From positions 31,989,648-32,053,647 of the forward strand of contig NC_092673.1 of NCBI RefSeq assembly GCF_964355755.1: a DNA stretch of 64,000 nt, written 5' to 3'. The position numbers were made by a program, and so were the translations under genes. Every line of letters begins with the position of its first letter. Positions within the stretch are counted from its first letter, which is position 1. Source of the stretch: Antedon mediterranea (taxonomy: Eukaryota > Animalia > Echinodermata). A model generated the notes under the pieces. It was not told the DNA's origin and made no database searches. It saw only the letters and a list, made by a program, of their open reading frames with translations. Shown one piece after another: positions 25,600 through 37,979 of this stretch.

Positions 25600-26060
25600 G
25601 CTTAATACGAAAAGATATTAAAATTCAGTGACTTATTTCTATTTTATATCACTGTGCTCCACTGGCTCCAAGTTGGGTCCACTTGAGCACAGTGTATTAA
25701 CATACAAAAAGATATTTAAATTCCGTGAATTATTTCTATTTTATATCACTGTGCTCGCCTGGTGCCCAATTGGGTACACTTGAGTACATTGTATTAAAAT
25801 ACGAAAAGATATTACAATTCAGTGACTTATTTCTATTTTATATCACTGTGCTCCACTGACGCCAAATTGGGTCCACTTGAGCACAGTGTATTAAAATACA
25901 AAATGATATTAAAATTCAGTGACTTATTTCTATTTTATATCAATGTGCTCCACTGACTGGCGCCAAATTGGGTCCACTTGAGCACAGTGTATTAACATAC
26001 GAAAAGATACTAAAATTAGTGACTTATTTCACTGGTGCTAAAAATTTGGTCCACTGAACC
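25600..26060 (+). repeat. Minisatellite, ~97-bp unit, ~4.5 copies
   Basis: Unit atacgaaaagatattaaaattcagtgacttatttctattttatatcactgtgctccactg...ttgggtccacttgagcacagtgtatt. Confidence 0.85.
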
Positions 26061-26548
26061 AGTTACCGTAGTACTATTTCTATTTCGGAAGTAAATAAAG
26101 GCATAAATGGCTGAGGTTGAGGTGCGACATAAATTCATCAAATGACAAATCAAAGAAAACAAAACTTAGGAAAGAAAGAAATCAAATCATAAAGAATATT
26201 CATACTGAACTTAATAAAGAAAAAGAAGACACACTAAGAGAAAAGATAGCTGACATTGAAAAATTCAAAGATGACTCAACAAGAATGTACCAAGCAGTAA
26301 AAAACCTAAAACTTAACGAAAATAAAAGACTTGTGGTAGAAACAGAGTTCGGTATAACAACAAACGAAGAAGAGCAGGTAGAAATAATTAGCAAATTCTT
26401 TGAAAACGTCTATCACAAATCACAAGAAAAACCTATAAACGAAAACATTAAACCTATTGAAATGAAGTCTCCCTTTACAAGTGATGAAGCTGCCAAAGCA
26501 GCGAAATGCTTAAAAAATAATAAAAGCCCAGGAAGTGACCAAGTATAC

Positions 26549-27058
26549 TGTCATGACGTCATTTGTTTTCAATTTGTGATTTGCGTGCCAGTGCGCGTAC
26601 AATACGCAGACTGAACGAAATCATATACATGGTATCGTGTGAGATATTCATGCAGTGTAATCATCTTTATTTGTTATTTGGAACCCTTTGGGTGAGTTTA
26701 ATTAGAATCGTTTATTAATATGTTTAGCCAGGAGTCTGCAGGGGCAGTCTTTGAGTTGTGTATACCTTTGAAAATTAGATATTTCATTGTTGTTAAAGTT
26801 CATATATCTAGGCCTCACTTGACGTTATCACTTCGTTTAAGTCGAGTCGGCGTACGAGTGTCTACGTCTTTCTATTACTATAGAGGGGGTAGTCGTACTA
26901 TTCTTTATTATCATATGTTTCGAAGTATTTGTTGACTACAGAACTATCTACTTAGTGTATTTTGTTTGTTCTTATAGACAACCCAACACAGTTGTTGAAT
27001 AATAATAAATCTAATAAAGACAACATATTGCAACAACGTGTTCACCGATTCCACAACA
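26549..27058 (+). repeat. 5' LTR
   Basis: tgtcatgacgtc...ccacaaca; differs from the 3' LTR by a handful of substitutions and two indels. Confidence 0.95.
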
Positions 27059-27085
27059 GCTTCAACAACTAGTGAAATAATTACA

Positions 27086-28516
27086 ATGGCAGACTTAAAC
27101 AAACTGAAGCTTACCAGACGGAACAGCAAAGGTCAGTTAACAAGGACTCTGTCCATGATAGAATCACTACTTAAAGAAAATTGCAAACCAGATGTTTTAA
27201 AAACTTACATTATCAAGGCGGAGGAACAGTTCAGAAAAGTTGAGTTAAAACACTCTGAACTGATTGATGTAATTGAAGACCAGGGAGAATTTGAAACGGA
27301 AGAGAAATGGATGTCAGAATGTGAGATGGATTTCCTTCAAAAGTTGGTATGTGCAAAACGGGAGATTACCCTGCGCCACTCACAATCTACAGTCGATGTA
27401 CCATTCTCAACTCCAACAACTCCTCTTCAAACATCAGCCTCAACGCAGCCTGCTGGTACGGTTGCCTCGCCGCCTGCATTCAGTTCACCTACACCTCGAC
27501 CTGCTATGGCAAGGTCAACGCCTACCATGGCAAAGATGAAGTATCCTACATTTAATGGCAACATCCGGGATTACAAAAGATTTAAAGAATTATTTACACA
27601 TTGTGCAACTAATCTAACTGAGATTGAATGTTTCTACCAGCTAACTGAATCTATGATTAACAGCAAAGAAAGAAACATGGTTAAAGGATGTATCGATGTG
27701 GCTAGAGCTTGGGAAGTGTTAGATGAACGCTACGGAGACAAAGACAGAGTGGTTGATAGTCTGTTGAAGGATCTAGAGAATTTAAAGTCCTATGAAAGTA
27801 AGGACAAGATCAACATTCCAGCCATGAGTCGTTTTGTCCAAACCCTTCAAACGTTTGAAACCAGAGCGGAAACCATTGGTTTATCTGGAGAATTGAACAG
27901 CAAAATCATGCTGAGCCAAATAAAACAGAAGTTACCAGAAGAACACAGAATAGCTTACTATAAAAGCGTTAGGGACAACGACACAAGTCATTTTCTCACT
28001 GGCTTGGTTAAATGGCTGTACAGCCAATTATTGTTACTTGAGAAAGCTATGCCCATGACTGAAACTGAATCATCTTCATCGTCAAAGAAGGCTTCAAATG
28101 CTGCTGTAGTGTCATCTGCAGAAGGATACAAGTCAGACTACAATAGAAATCCCAAGTGTGCACTGCATCCAACTGCGAATACTCATTTCTTAAATAGTTG
28201 TAACAAGTTTCGAAGTTTGTCTCAAAAGAAGAAATATGAAGTGATGAAAAAGAACAGAATCTGTTTTAGATGTGGTCACCACAATTGCTCTACTGGTAAA
28301 CCTCCATATGATAAGAATTCCTGTCAATTTGCGGCACCTTGTGGAACTCCATCTTGTGGAAGTAACCTTCACTTTCCGGCTGTTTGTCCTGTCTTGTATG
28401 AAAGAAAGGATCAACCCAATCTTAATTGCAATGCTCAACCATTTCAACCAGCGGATTCAACCACAGTTGTTAAGCAGGCAGGCATGGTCACCCACAATGG
28501 AGAAAGTAAATTATAA
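27086..28516 (+). CDS. BEL/Pao gag (DUF1759-like region, Cys/His knuckles)
   Basis: YPTFNGNIRDYKRFKELF, AWEVLDERYG, ICFRCGHH, CGTPSCGSNLH; an in-frame TAA separates it from pol. Confidence 0.85.
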   Translation: MADLNKLKLTRRNSKGQLTRTLSMIESLLKENCKPDVLKTYIIKAEEQFRKVELKHSELIDVIEDQGEFETEEKWMSECEMDFLQKLVCAKREITLRHSQSTVDVPFSTPTTPLQTSASTQPAGTVASPPAFSSPTPRPAMARSTPTMAKMKYPTFNGNIRDYKRFKELFTHCATNLTEIECFYQLTESMINSKERNMVKGCIDVARAWEVLDERYGDKDRVVDSLLKDLENLKSYESKDKINIPAMSRFVQTLQTFETRAETIGLSGELNSKIMLSQIKQKLPEEHRIAYYKSVRDNDTSHFLTGLVKWLYSQLLLLEKAMPMTETESSSSSKKASNAAVVSSAEGYKSDYNRNPKCALHPTANTHFLNSCNKFRSLSQKKKYEVMKKNRICFRCGHHNCSTGKPPYDKNSCQFAAPCGTPSCGSNLHFPAVCPVLYERKDQPNLNCNAQPFQPADSTTVVKQAGMVTHNGESKL

Positions 28517-31500
28517 GTGACTTTACCTACTGTTATGGGGTACCTGAGATGTGGCAAAACCCGCCGTCTAGTGCGTATCTTATTGGATGGTGGAAGCCAA
28601 GCGACACTTCTGAGATCGGGACTCATTCCACTTACTAATCAAGATGTTTATCAAAAACACGATCTGAGTCTGGTTGGTGGTAAGAAAATTACTAAGAAAC
28701 TACGATTGCTGAATTGCTACATTGCAGACGTAAATGGTACATGGTCTTGTCCACTCACCGTCACAGAAATAGACGAACCCTGCGGAGATGCTCCTGTAGT
28801 ATACAAAGAACAGCTTAAGCAATACAGTCATCTAAATGAAATTGATTTACAAGTTGCTCCATACCCAACTATTGATGTACTGCTTGGTGTCGATAACACA
28901 CACTTAATGATTTGGGAAGAGTACCTCCGAGGTGAATGTATCAATGAACCTGTAGCCGTGAAATGTCCTTTTGGATGGTTTATCCAAGGAGGACAACTCA
29001 CCACATCAGCACTCTTCAACTATGTTAATGTGTCTGCAGTTGGACCAATGGAAGATTTTCTTGGCATTGAGACAATGGGTTTAGAACCAAAGAAGTCCAA
29101 ATGCTCTGAACATCTTACAAACCGCAAGGCAACGGAAGCAATTGATCAGAGTGTAAAACAACTGCCAAATGGAACTTATGAAATTAGATTGCCTTGGAAA
29201 AGGGCACCAAATGACCTTCCAGATAACTATGGGTATGCTGTGAAGAGACTGAAGAGCATAGAAAAGCAATTTGAGAATAGAAGCATAGAATGGGAAGTGT
29301 ATTGCGAACAAATGAAAGATCAACTTAAAAGAGGTGTCTCTCGTCGAGTGACAGAAGCAGAGCTACAAAGAGATAGAGAGGCTGGAAAGAAGATGTGGTT
29401 TTTACCACACTTTGCCGTAACCAAAGAATCCAAAACAACACCTGTGAGAGTGGTATATGATGGGAAGGCAAGATTTCAAGGCCATTCTCTTAATGATTAT
29501 TTATATAAAGGAGAAAATGTTAATACAGATCTTTTTGATGTTGCCTTACGATTCCGAGAAGACGAAGTTGGTATAATTGCTAACATTAGTAAGATGTTCC
29601 AGGCTATTAAAATCAGTTCTGATGATGCCCGCTTTCATCGATTTGTGTTCAGAGAGAATCCTAACCATCCAATTCAAGTGTACGAGTTGACGACTGTTAC
29701 ATTTGGTGACAAGCCATCACCAACTGCGGCTATTGTGACTTTGAGGCATATAGTATCTGAGCATGCACCCGGTGATAAACAATTAGAAAGAATTGTTACT
29801 GACCAGTTTTACATGGATGATTTGAATGAATCTGTTACTGATGCTAATGAGGCCGACAACTTAGAGTCTAAACTCATTGAGACTCTGAAGAAAGGAAACT
29901 TCAATATCAGGAAATGGCAATCCAACGTTAGGAATATGTGTGATGAATCAGAAGACGCCACTGCTGCAACAGCTTTGGGAACAAAGTGGGACCTTGTGAA
30001 CGACACTCTAAAGGTCAAAGAGGTAAAACTAATTCAAGGTCTAACCCCAACTAAACGTAGCATTCTGAAACAAACCGCTTCTTACTATGACGTAATCGGT
30101 ATGCTTTCCGGTGTCCTTGTCCGACCGAAAACACTGTTACAAAAACTGTGGCAACTAAACATTGATTGGGATACACCACTTAACCAGAGAGGTGAACTTT
30201 GTGCTATTCTCAGTGAAATCAATAAAGACCTTGAAAAAGCAAGTGACATAGAAATTCCAAGATGTCTTATTCCAGAGCCATTTAGAGGAAAAAGACCATT
30301 ACCAAAAGTATCTCTGCATGGTGCAAGTGATGCTTCAGAAGATGCTATGGGTATCGGAGTTTGGCTAAGGTGGTCACATGAAGAGTCAACTGAAGCTTAT
30401 TTGTCGTTTGTGTGCGCCCGAGCCAGACTCACACCACTTAAACAATCAAGCATCCCCATGAAAGAACTTCAAGCAATTCTGCTGCTTTCAAGGCTGATGC
30501 TCACTGTAAAGAATGCTTTGAGGTTTGACATAGTTTATTCAAAGATTTGGACAGACAGTATGACTGCCATCAGTTGGCTGAGAGGTCAATCTAAATCTTT
30601 CCGATCGTATGTTGCATACCGTGTAGGTGAGATCACTTCTGAATTTGACCCGATCAAAGATATTGCCTTTGTACAATCAGACCAGCACACTATAGATATT
30701 GTTTCAAGAGGAGGAAACATTGACGATATGAAGCAAGTCATCGATGGACCAGGGTTCCTACGATCACCACCAATCTCTTGGCCTAAAACTCCGACAAATG
30801 TTCAAGTAGCTCCTGAAGATGGAGAACAAAAGAAATTCCATGTCCGTAATGCTAATACACTAACACTCAAAATAAAGGCTATCCCTGAATTTGAAAGAAT
30901 ACTTGATCCCACCAAGTTTTCTAGTTGGCCAAAACTTAAGATGGTAACAGCAAGAGTTGTGTCCTTAAAGCAGTTACCAAAGAACCAATGGTTAAAGAAG
31001 TTAACTTCACAAATTTCTGAGTGGCCTTCACCACATGCATTGAAGGAAGCTGAGTTGCTTTGGATCCGACAGGGACAGGCTGAGATAAATTTCAATGATC
31101 ACAACATCATGAAGCTAGATCCAGTCTTCGATGAGAAAGAAGGAGTGTACCGTGTTGGTGTGGATGGATTAAGAATGCACCACTGTCGTATGACATAAGA
31201 CACCCTTACCTACTACCGAAGGGAAGCCATATCAGTTTACTGATTGTTCGGGATAGACACAGACACTCTTTACATGGGGACCACCTGAGAACCGCATCAG
31301 AGGTCAGAAAGAAGTTTTGGATTATTGGGGATACCAACATCTCAAAAACAGTTGTACGACAATGTACTATTTGTAGGAGACACAAAGGGAAGCCAATAGA
31401 GCAGGAGATGGCTGACCTACCAGACTTCCGAGTGAAACCATGCTCACCGCCATTTAGTTCCACACTCGTAGACTATCTGGGCCCAGTTAACGGTAAACTG

Positions 31501-32364
31501 AACAAAAATACCACCACAAAAGGATATTGTGCAGTTTTTACGTGTGCCGTAACTAGAGCTGTACACTTAACCTGTGTCCAAGATCTTATTACCCAAGCGT
31601 TCCTACAAGCAATGGAACGATTTGTAAGCATCAGAGGAGCACCATCTTTGTTGGTGAGTGACAATGGCACATGTTTCAGAGGGGCTGACAATACAATAAA
31701 TGAGTTGAATTTGAGACTATACCAGACGAAGATACGAGAACAATGCCAACGTTATAATGTGCAGTGGCAATTTGGACCACCAGGTGAACCTCATCACCAA
31801 GGAGCTGTTTATCGCATGGTTCAAGAGGTGAAGAAAGGCATGAGACCGTTGGTGAAAGCTGATAGACTAACATTTGTTGAATGGGAGACGGTGTTCTGTC
31901 AGATATCTGGTCTTATCAATAGTCGACCTTTGACAGCCAAGTCATCATCGCCCCTGGATCACCCGCCAATAACTCCTAATCATTTCCTGATTAGAAGAGG
32001 TGATTTACAGTGTCCGGAAGTACCGTGTGAAGAATTCCATGGAAATTTGAGAAAACGGAGAGAAATTTGTAACTCTATGGTGAATGGTTTCTGGCACCGA
32101 TGGATGGAGTGTATCCATAAGCTCTCACCAAGACTTAAATGGCAGAAATCAATAGAAAATGTAATGGAAGGTGACATAGTGCTTGTCATTGGTGAGAACA
32201 AGAAACGTGGTAGTTGGAAAATGGCAGAAATCAGTAAAGTTTATCCAGGGAAAGATGACCTTGTTAGGATTGTTGTCATAAGATTTGCAGATGGTATCAA
32301 TGCTAAGAAACCAGTTACTAAGTTGATCATGCTAATGAAGAGCACCGAACGTTCAGACATGTAG
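28517..32364 (+). pseudogene. BEL/Pao pol (aspartic protease, RT, Pao RNase H, integrase) with a frameshift near 31160
   Basis: ILLDGGSQAT, WFLPHFAV..KTTPVRVVYDG, FYMDD, LHGASDASEDAMG, WTDSMT, RHPYLLP, VDYLGP, LVSDNGTCF, NSRPL. Confidence 0.92.
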
Positions 32365-32516
32365 TGATATGTGGATCAGATGATGTTCCTTGACCACTTT
32401 GATTGATGATTTAAAGTGTAATTGACATTTATGAACTTTTCATTGTTACATTTAAAGTTGTAGACTTACTTATTGTTACTAGTTGTGACCATCCGTCACT
32501 TTTTAGGGGGCTGGGA

Positions 32517-33044
32517 TGTCATGACGTCAATTGTTTTCAATTTGTGAGTTGCGTGTCAGTGCGCGTACAATACGCAGGCTGAACGAAATCTTATACAATT
32601 TGGTATCGTGTGAGATATTCATGCAGTGTAATCATCTTTATTTGTTATTTGGAACCCTTTGGGTGAGTTTAATTAGAATCGTTTATTAATATGTTTAGCC
32701 AGGAGTCTGCAGGGGCAGTCTTTGAGTTGTGTATACCTTTAAAAATTAGATATTTTATTGTTGTTAAAGTTCATATATCTAGGCCTCACTTGACGTTATC
32801 ACTTCGTTTAAGTCGAGTCGGCGTACGAGTGTCTACGTCTTTCTATTACTATAGAGGGGGTAGTCGTACTATTCTTTATTATCATATGTTTCGAAGTATT
32901 TGTTGACTACAGAACTATCTACTTAGTGTATTTTGTTTGTTCTTATAGACAACCCAACACAGTTGTTGAATAATAATAAATCTAATAAAGACAACATATT
33001 GCAACAACGTGTTCACCTCATTATTTCTCACCGATTCCACAACA
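32517..33044 (+). repeat. 3' LTR
   Basis: Direct repeat of 26549-27058; the same spurious ORF appears in both. Confidence 0.95.
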
Positions 33045-36000
33045 TATACTCTGAAATGGTAAAATATGCACCTATAGAAGTTATAACCACATAGCAGAAA
33101 TATATAACCAAACAGCTAAAACAGGAAACATACCTAAAGAAATCAACGAAGGCATATTGCATCCAATACCGAAACCAGGCAAGAAAAAAGGTCCACCAAA
33201 AAACATCCGACCCATCATCCTACTGTCAGTTCTTAGGAAAATGCTAGCACTATGCTTACTAAATAGGATAAACGACAGATTAGATGAACATGTCCCTGTA
33301 ACACAGGCCGCGTATCGCAGAGGACGAAGCACTACCGAACATGTACATACATGCAAAATGTTAGCAGAAAATGCAATTGCGTCATCTAACTACGAAATAA
33401 TATTACTACTACTTGACATGACCAGTGCATTTGACACTGTGCGGAGGAATACTCTATTCGACATACTGACACATATATTACAAGATGATGAACTACACAT
33501 GTTGAAAGTTTGATAAACAATGTAAAATTAAGCGTTCGAATTGGAAAACAGACAGGAAAATTGTTTACTACTACACTAGGAGTACCACAAGATGACTGTA
33601 TGTCTCCGATACTGTTCACACTATACCTAGCAAAAAGGCACTCGAATCAGCAAACATAACACCACTACCCCTACAACAGCTTAATATCCAGATGCAGTAT
33701 GCAGATGACATTTCATTTATTAGCGACTCAAAAGAACACATAACTAAAATAAAGAAAAAAGTAACAGAGAAATTAGCAGAATTCAATCTAAAGATAAACG
33801 AAAGTAAAACAGAAGAATACCTAATAGGAAGAAACACCGATATTAAATGGGAAGAATGCAAATACCTCGGTAGTAACTTGGACACAGAAAAGGACATTAA
33901 AAGAAGAAAATCACTAGCAGCTATGGCATATAACAATAACAAGCTGAAGCCGTCGCTAGAACACAACACGATGTCTATAATAATAGACGTGAAATCCCGT
34001 TTGTTTGACGCATACATAGCAAGTATTTTCCAACAGTGAACTCTGGGTACTAAACAAAAAATTACAAGAGAGTATAGATATATAGGCCTATCACAGGAAA
34101 ATGTTGCGAAAGATGATAGATAATAAATTAACAGATAGAGTGTGTAACACTAAAATATACGAGATAACAAAACAAGATTCGTATAAAACACATAACATAA
34201 ATTTAGTTACAGAAATAGAAGCATCGGAAGAACCAATCGCACCGATCGGACTTTAAGGTAAAATATATAATAGTAGACCAAGATATAGGATTGTCAAATT
34301 AAGCTGATGAACTCAAAATGATGATTCACGCCCTCTGACAAAAAGGGCTAGGCCCCCCCTAAGGTCTACCACCTTGTTGGCTAATAAAAACCCGTAAACG
34401 TTGGTTGTAAAATGTGTAGTACCCCCTCTCTCTTAGTCTTAGAACTTGTATTTTCCTCACACTTTTTCACTCTCAACAGGCCACAGCACAGCATCCTCAA
34501 ACACCTAATGAACTTATCATATATTTAAACTCAAAATCTAGGCTACTCCATATGAAACAAATGCATCAAGCAAAACCGAGAGCACATATAGCCTCCTTTC
34601 TAGATAGGCCTGTAGTAGTACTAGTAGGCGGCCTACTAAGCATTGCTAAAAACATTTCACATTGGATTATTTTGTGTTGATAAAACTGTGATGTGTATCG
34701 TCAAAAATGCATTTTACGTTGTTTCTGGTAGAAAAAATAAATAAATAAATAAATTCAGGCGTTCAACCACCACATGGTAACAATTTCGGGAGGTTTACAT
34801 TTAATAATAGTTCAACTGATTTGTATCGTTTTTAAGGAATTTGACGTGTTTCTATGATATGACACTTTTGTAATGGATATGACTTAACTGATTTTACGCA
34901 TTTTTAATTCATTGTAAATCAACAATCCAATGTTTTACAGGTCAGATACTAACAGAAATAACCTTACTTACACAGTAAACGTGAGTTTGAAAAATGTTTT
35001 TATCTTAAACCAACATTTTGGGAAATTCAGGAGTTTGGGAGATTTGATGAAAATTTGGAAGGCACCCTAAGAACAAATACCAATTTTTAATAGAAAAAAG
35101 TGTGTTGGTTTCTACCAACAAACTAGCACATAATAAAATATAACCTTAATGAATTCAAATTTGGTTTACAGTTAGATTTCAAACGACTATTGAGCTGTGA
35201 TTAAATAATGTGATTTGTATTAATAGCCAGTTTCTATAGTGATACTTCCCTCGAACTTCCTCCTGAGTTTTTAACAGCAGGAGAATCGCATTAACCTTTA
35301 TTTAATGAAGATTCATGATGTGGTGAGTCATGCATATAGTTATTTGATCTTCAATTCTGATATTACACACAGTTAGTGGTAAACATACATAAAGTCTGCT
35401 TTAGCTGTAGGAATACAGTACATTCAATCAGAAGAGAAAATAGATTTTAAAGCGTTCCCTAATGGTGTACATGTTTGATTTGCTAAAAGGTTCATCTGGA
35501 AACGAGAATCTCGGAACACGATCGCGATATTGAACGCATGTAGAATTTTCATCACCAAGGTTTTGTGGATAGTATAGGAGAGTTGCTTAGTGTCAGAATA
35601 CATGCAGAGAGACTACAGAGAGGTAATTAGAAAAAAGTTTCTTACTGTACACCAGTCTTTCAATCAATTTAGTACTTTACTGCTGTACTTACTAACTATA
35701 CTTCAGTTGAAGTATTGGATGGTAAGTCACTGTATTTAAATGTAAAATGTATTTTTGTGTGTTTCTGTACATACAGGGTACATACCTTTTTATTTCATCT
35801 TATAAATTCAAATTATAAAAACCTACTACATCATACAGTAGGCTATTGTTATGGACATTATAGGGTTTTTCTCATTACAACAATGATAATACTATAGTTT
35901 CTTTCAGATAGAATGTAGTTGTGTGTGCAAAATGCTCTAATGACTAAATAATTAGTTATAATAATTTAATGATCTACAGTACAGTACCCACAAGTTCACC

Positions 36001-37979
36001 ATCAGGAACCCACTACTCTACTTCTTGTTATAGCCACTCATTCGTTCAATTATCCACCATTTATTATCTGCTCAATCTTTAACTCACTCATTAACCCATT
36101 CATTTTTATTTTAGAATTTAAAATAATAAATTAACATATTACAGTCTAGTACTCAATGTTTTTTTCCCACTTGATGTGAGAGACTAATATGAATGTGAAT
36201 GTCATGTTCTTAGGAACATACATAACCTGTGAATAATGGCACGTTTCCAAAATGGCACATTGATATATCATGTGTTGAAGTGATTAACAGTTAAATGCCT
36301 ACATTAGGAGAAGCTCACATTAATGTCAGAAACATAAATTATATTTCACAGTAGTAAAAACAATATATTGTTATTAATTGAATTGGTTAATAATTTAAAA
36401 AGTGTATTTAACACAAAGCTACAGTACATGAATAATTAAAAACTATTTATTTTGAGAATTTTGTGATAAAATAGATTGTTTGCAACCATTTTGGAGACAT
36501 GTCAATATTTTTGAGTGAGGAAATTAAATGAGGCACAATAGGAAATTGCAATTATTAACATTTCCTTAAAAAGAACATTTTGATCGTTTTATTTTAAAAT
36601 CAATTTTAATTAATATGATGGCAGTCTGTTCAGGTCTGTTAAATGCTATGATTGACACATTCTGAACATTTGTTATTATGCAATATAGCACATAGTAGCA
36701 GTGTACAGAGTAATAGTAAAATATTCTCTCATTTGTCTGTTAACCACCGTCAGACCCATTAGTACTGCCACCTTCTATGATGAATTCGCAGAATATGCTT
36801 CGGATATTCTATCGTTACATAGTTCTGTAATATTTTCGGGTGACTTCAACATTCATATGAACAGCAGCAATGACCCGGATAAAATAAAATTTGACGATGT
36901 ACTTGAGTGTTTAAATCTTGATCAACACGTGTCTTTCCCAACACATCGTTCGGGAAATACTCTTGATTTGCTAATAACGAGGGGTAAGGACACTCTTTGT
37001 GTTACCGAGCCCGTTTCAAATTATTCCATCAGTGACCATTGTTTTGTAGAGAATATTTTATCGAGACCAAAACCGAAATGTTACCGTCAAAAGAAAAAGT
37101 TTCGAAAGATAAATAAAATAGATCACACGAACTTTGATGAAGCTTTGTCTCAAGTAGTTATATCATCAACGAATATCGATGATATCGACGATTTGGCAAA
37201 TCACTACAACACTCAACTACTTGCTGCTCTGAATAAGCATGCTCCTATTGTTGAGAAAACTACCACTGTCAGAAGATCGTTACCTTGGTTTGATGACGAG
37301 GCTAATGTGTTGAAGAAGCAACTTCGTCGTGCTGAGAAGACCTTACGGAAGTCTGCCACCGACGAAAATAGGTCAGCTTACAATGATCTACGCAATTCAT
37401 ACAAACGTTATCTTCGTTTAGCCAAGTACGAATTCATTAAGGGTGCTATCAAAGAAGCTGGCAACAACTCAAAAAATCTTTACAAGATCGTGTTTGAACT
37501 CATTGGTAGACGTAAAAATAACCCACTTCCACCACATGAAACTGATAAACTGTTAGCAGACGACTTCATATCTTACTTTATGGGCAAAATAGAGAAATGG
37601 GAGAGGAATTGGAACACTTCCCTTTGTATGAACAAGAACGGCTAATGGCAAATGAATTTATTGCATTTCAGGAAGTTAGCGAAGATGATGTTAGGAAGTT
37701 GATCATAATGCGCAAAACCAACAACCTGCTCCACTGACCCCCTACCGTCGACACTGGAGAAACACCATCTGGATACACTTCTACCACTTATTACAAGGAT
37801 GATCAACAACTCGTTGTGTAACGGCGTATTTGCTCATAGATGGAAAATATCAGTTATAAAACCGCTTATAAAAAAGAATGGTGTTGAATGTATCCTCAGG
37901 AATTATAGGCCAGTAAGCAATCTGTCCTTCGTATCCAAGCTGGTTGAACGCGCATGCTTGAACCAATTCATAGCCTATG

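Larger units (their letters stand above)
26549..33044 (+). mobile_element. Full-length BEL/Pao LTR retrotransposon
   Basis: TG...CA LTRs 26549-27058 and 32517-33044, 5-bp TSD tatac (26544-26548, 33045-33049), purine-rich PPT just before the 3' LTR, domain order gag-PR-RT-RH-IN. Confidence 0.97.
26110..34180 (+). mobile_element. 5'-truncated RTE-group (possibly Proto2-like) LINE, split by the BEL/Pao insertion (pieces ~26110-26548 and 33050-34180)
   Basis: LKNNKSPGSDQV|YSEMVKY continues across the LTR element; NIRPIILLSVLRK, QAAYRRGRSTTEHV, LLDMTSAFDTV, QYADDI, KYLGS; frameshifts present. Confidence 0.85.

Noticed and set aside
25600-26060. 97-bp repeats as CRISPR or structural RNA array
   Set aside because: Whole units are similar end to end; ordinary minisatellite.
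26720-26935. 71-aa ORF duplicated at 32691-32906
   Set aside because: Lies within the LTRs; the identity reflects LTR duplication.
28514-28516. Programmed gag-pol stop read-through
   Set aside because: BEL/Pao elements normally have one ORF; a point nonsense mutation is simpler given the other lesions in this copy.
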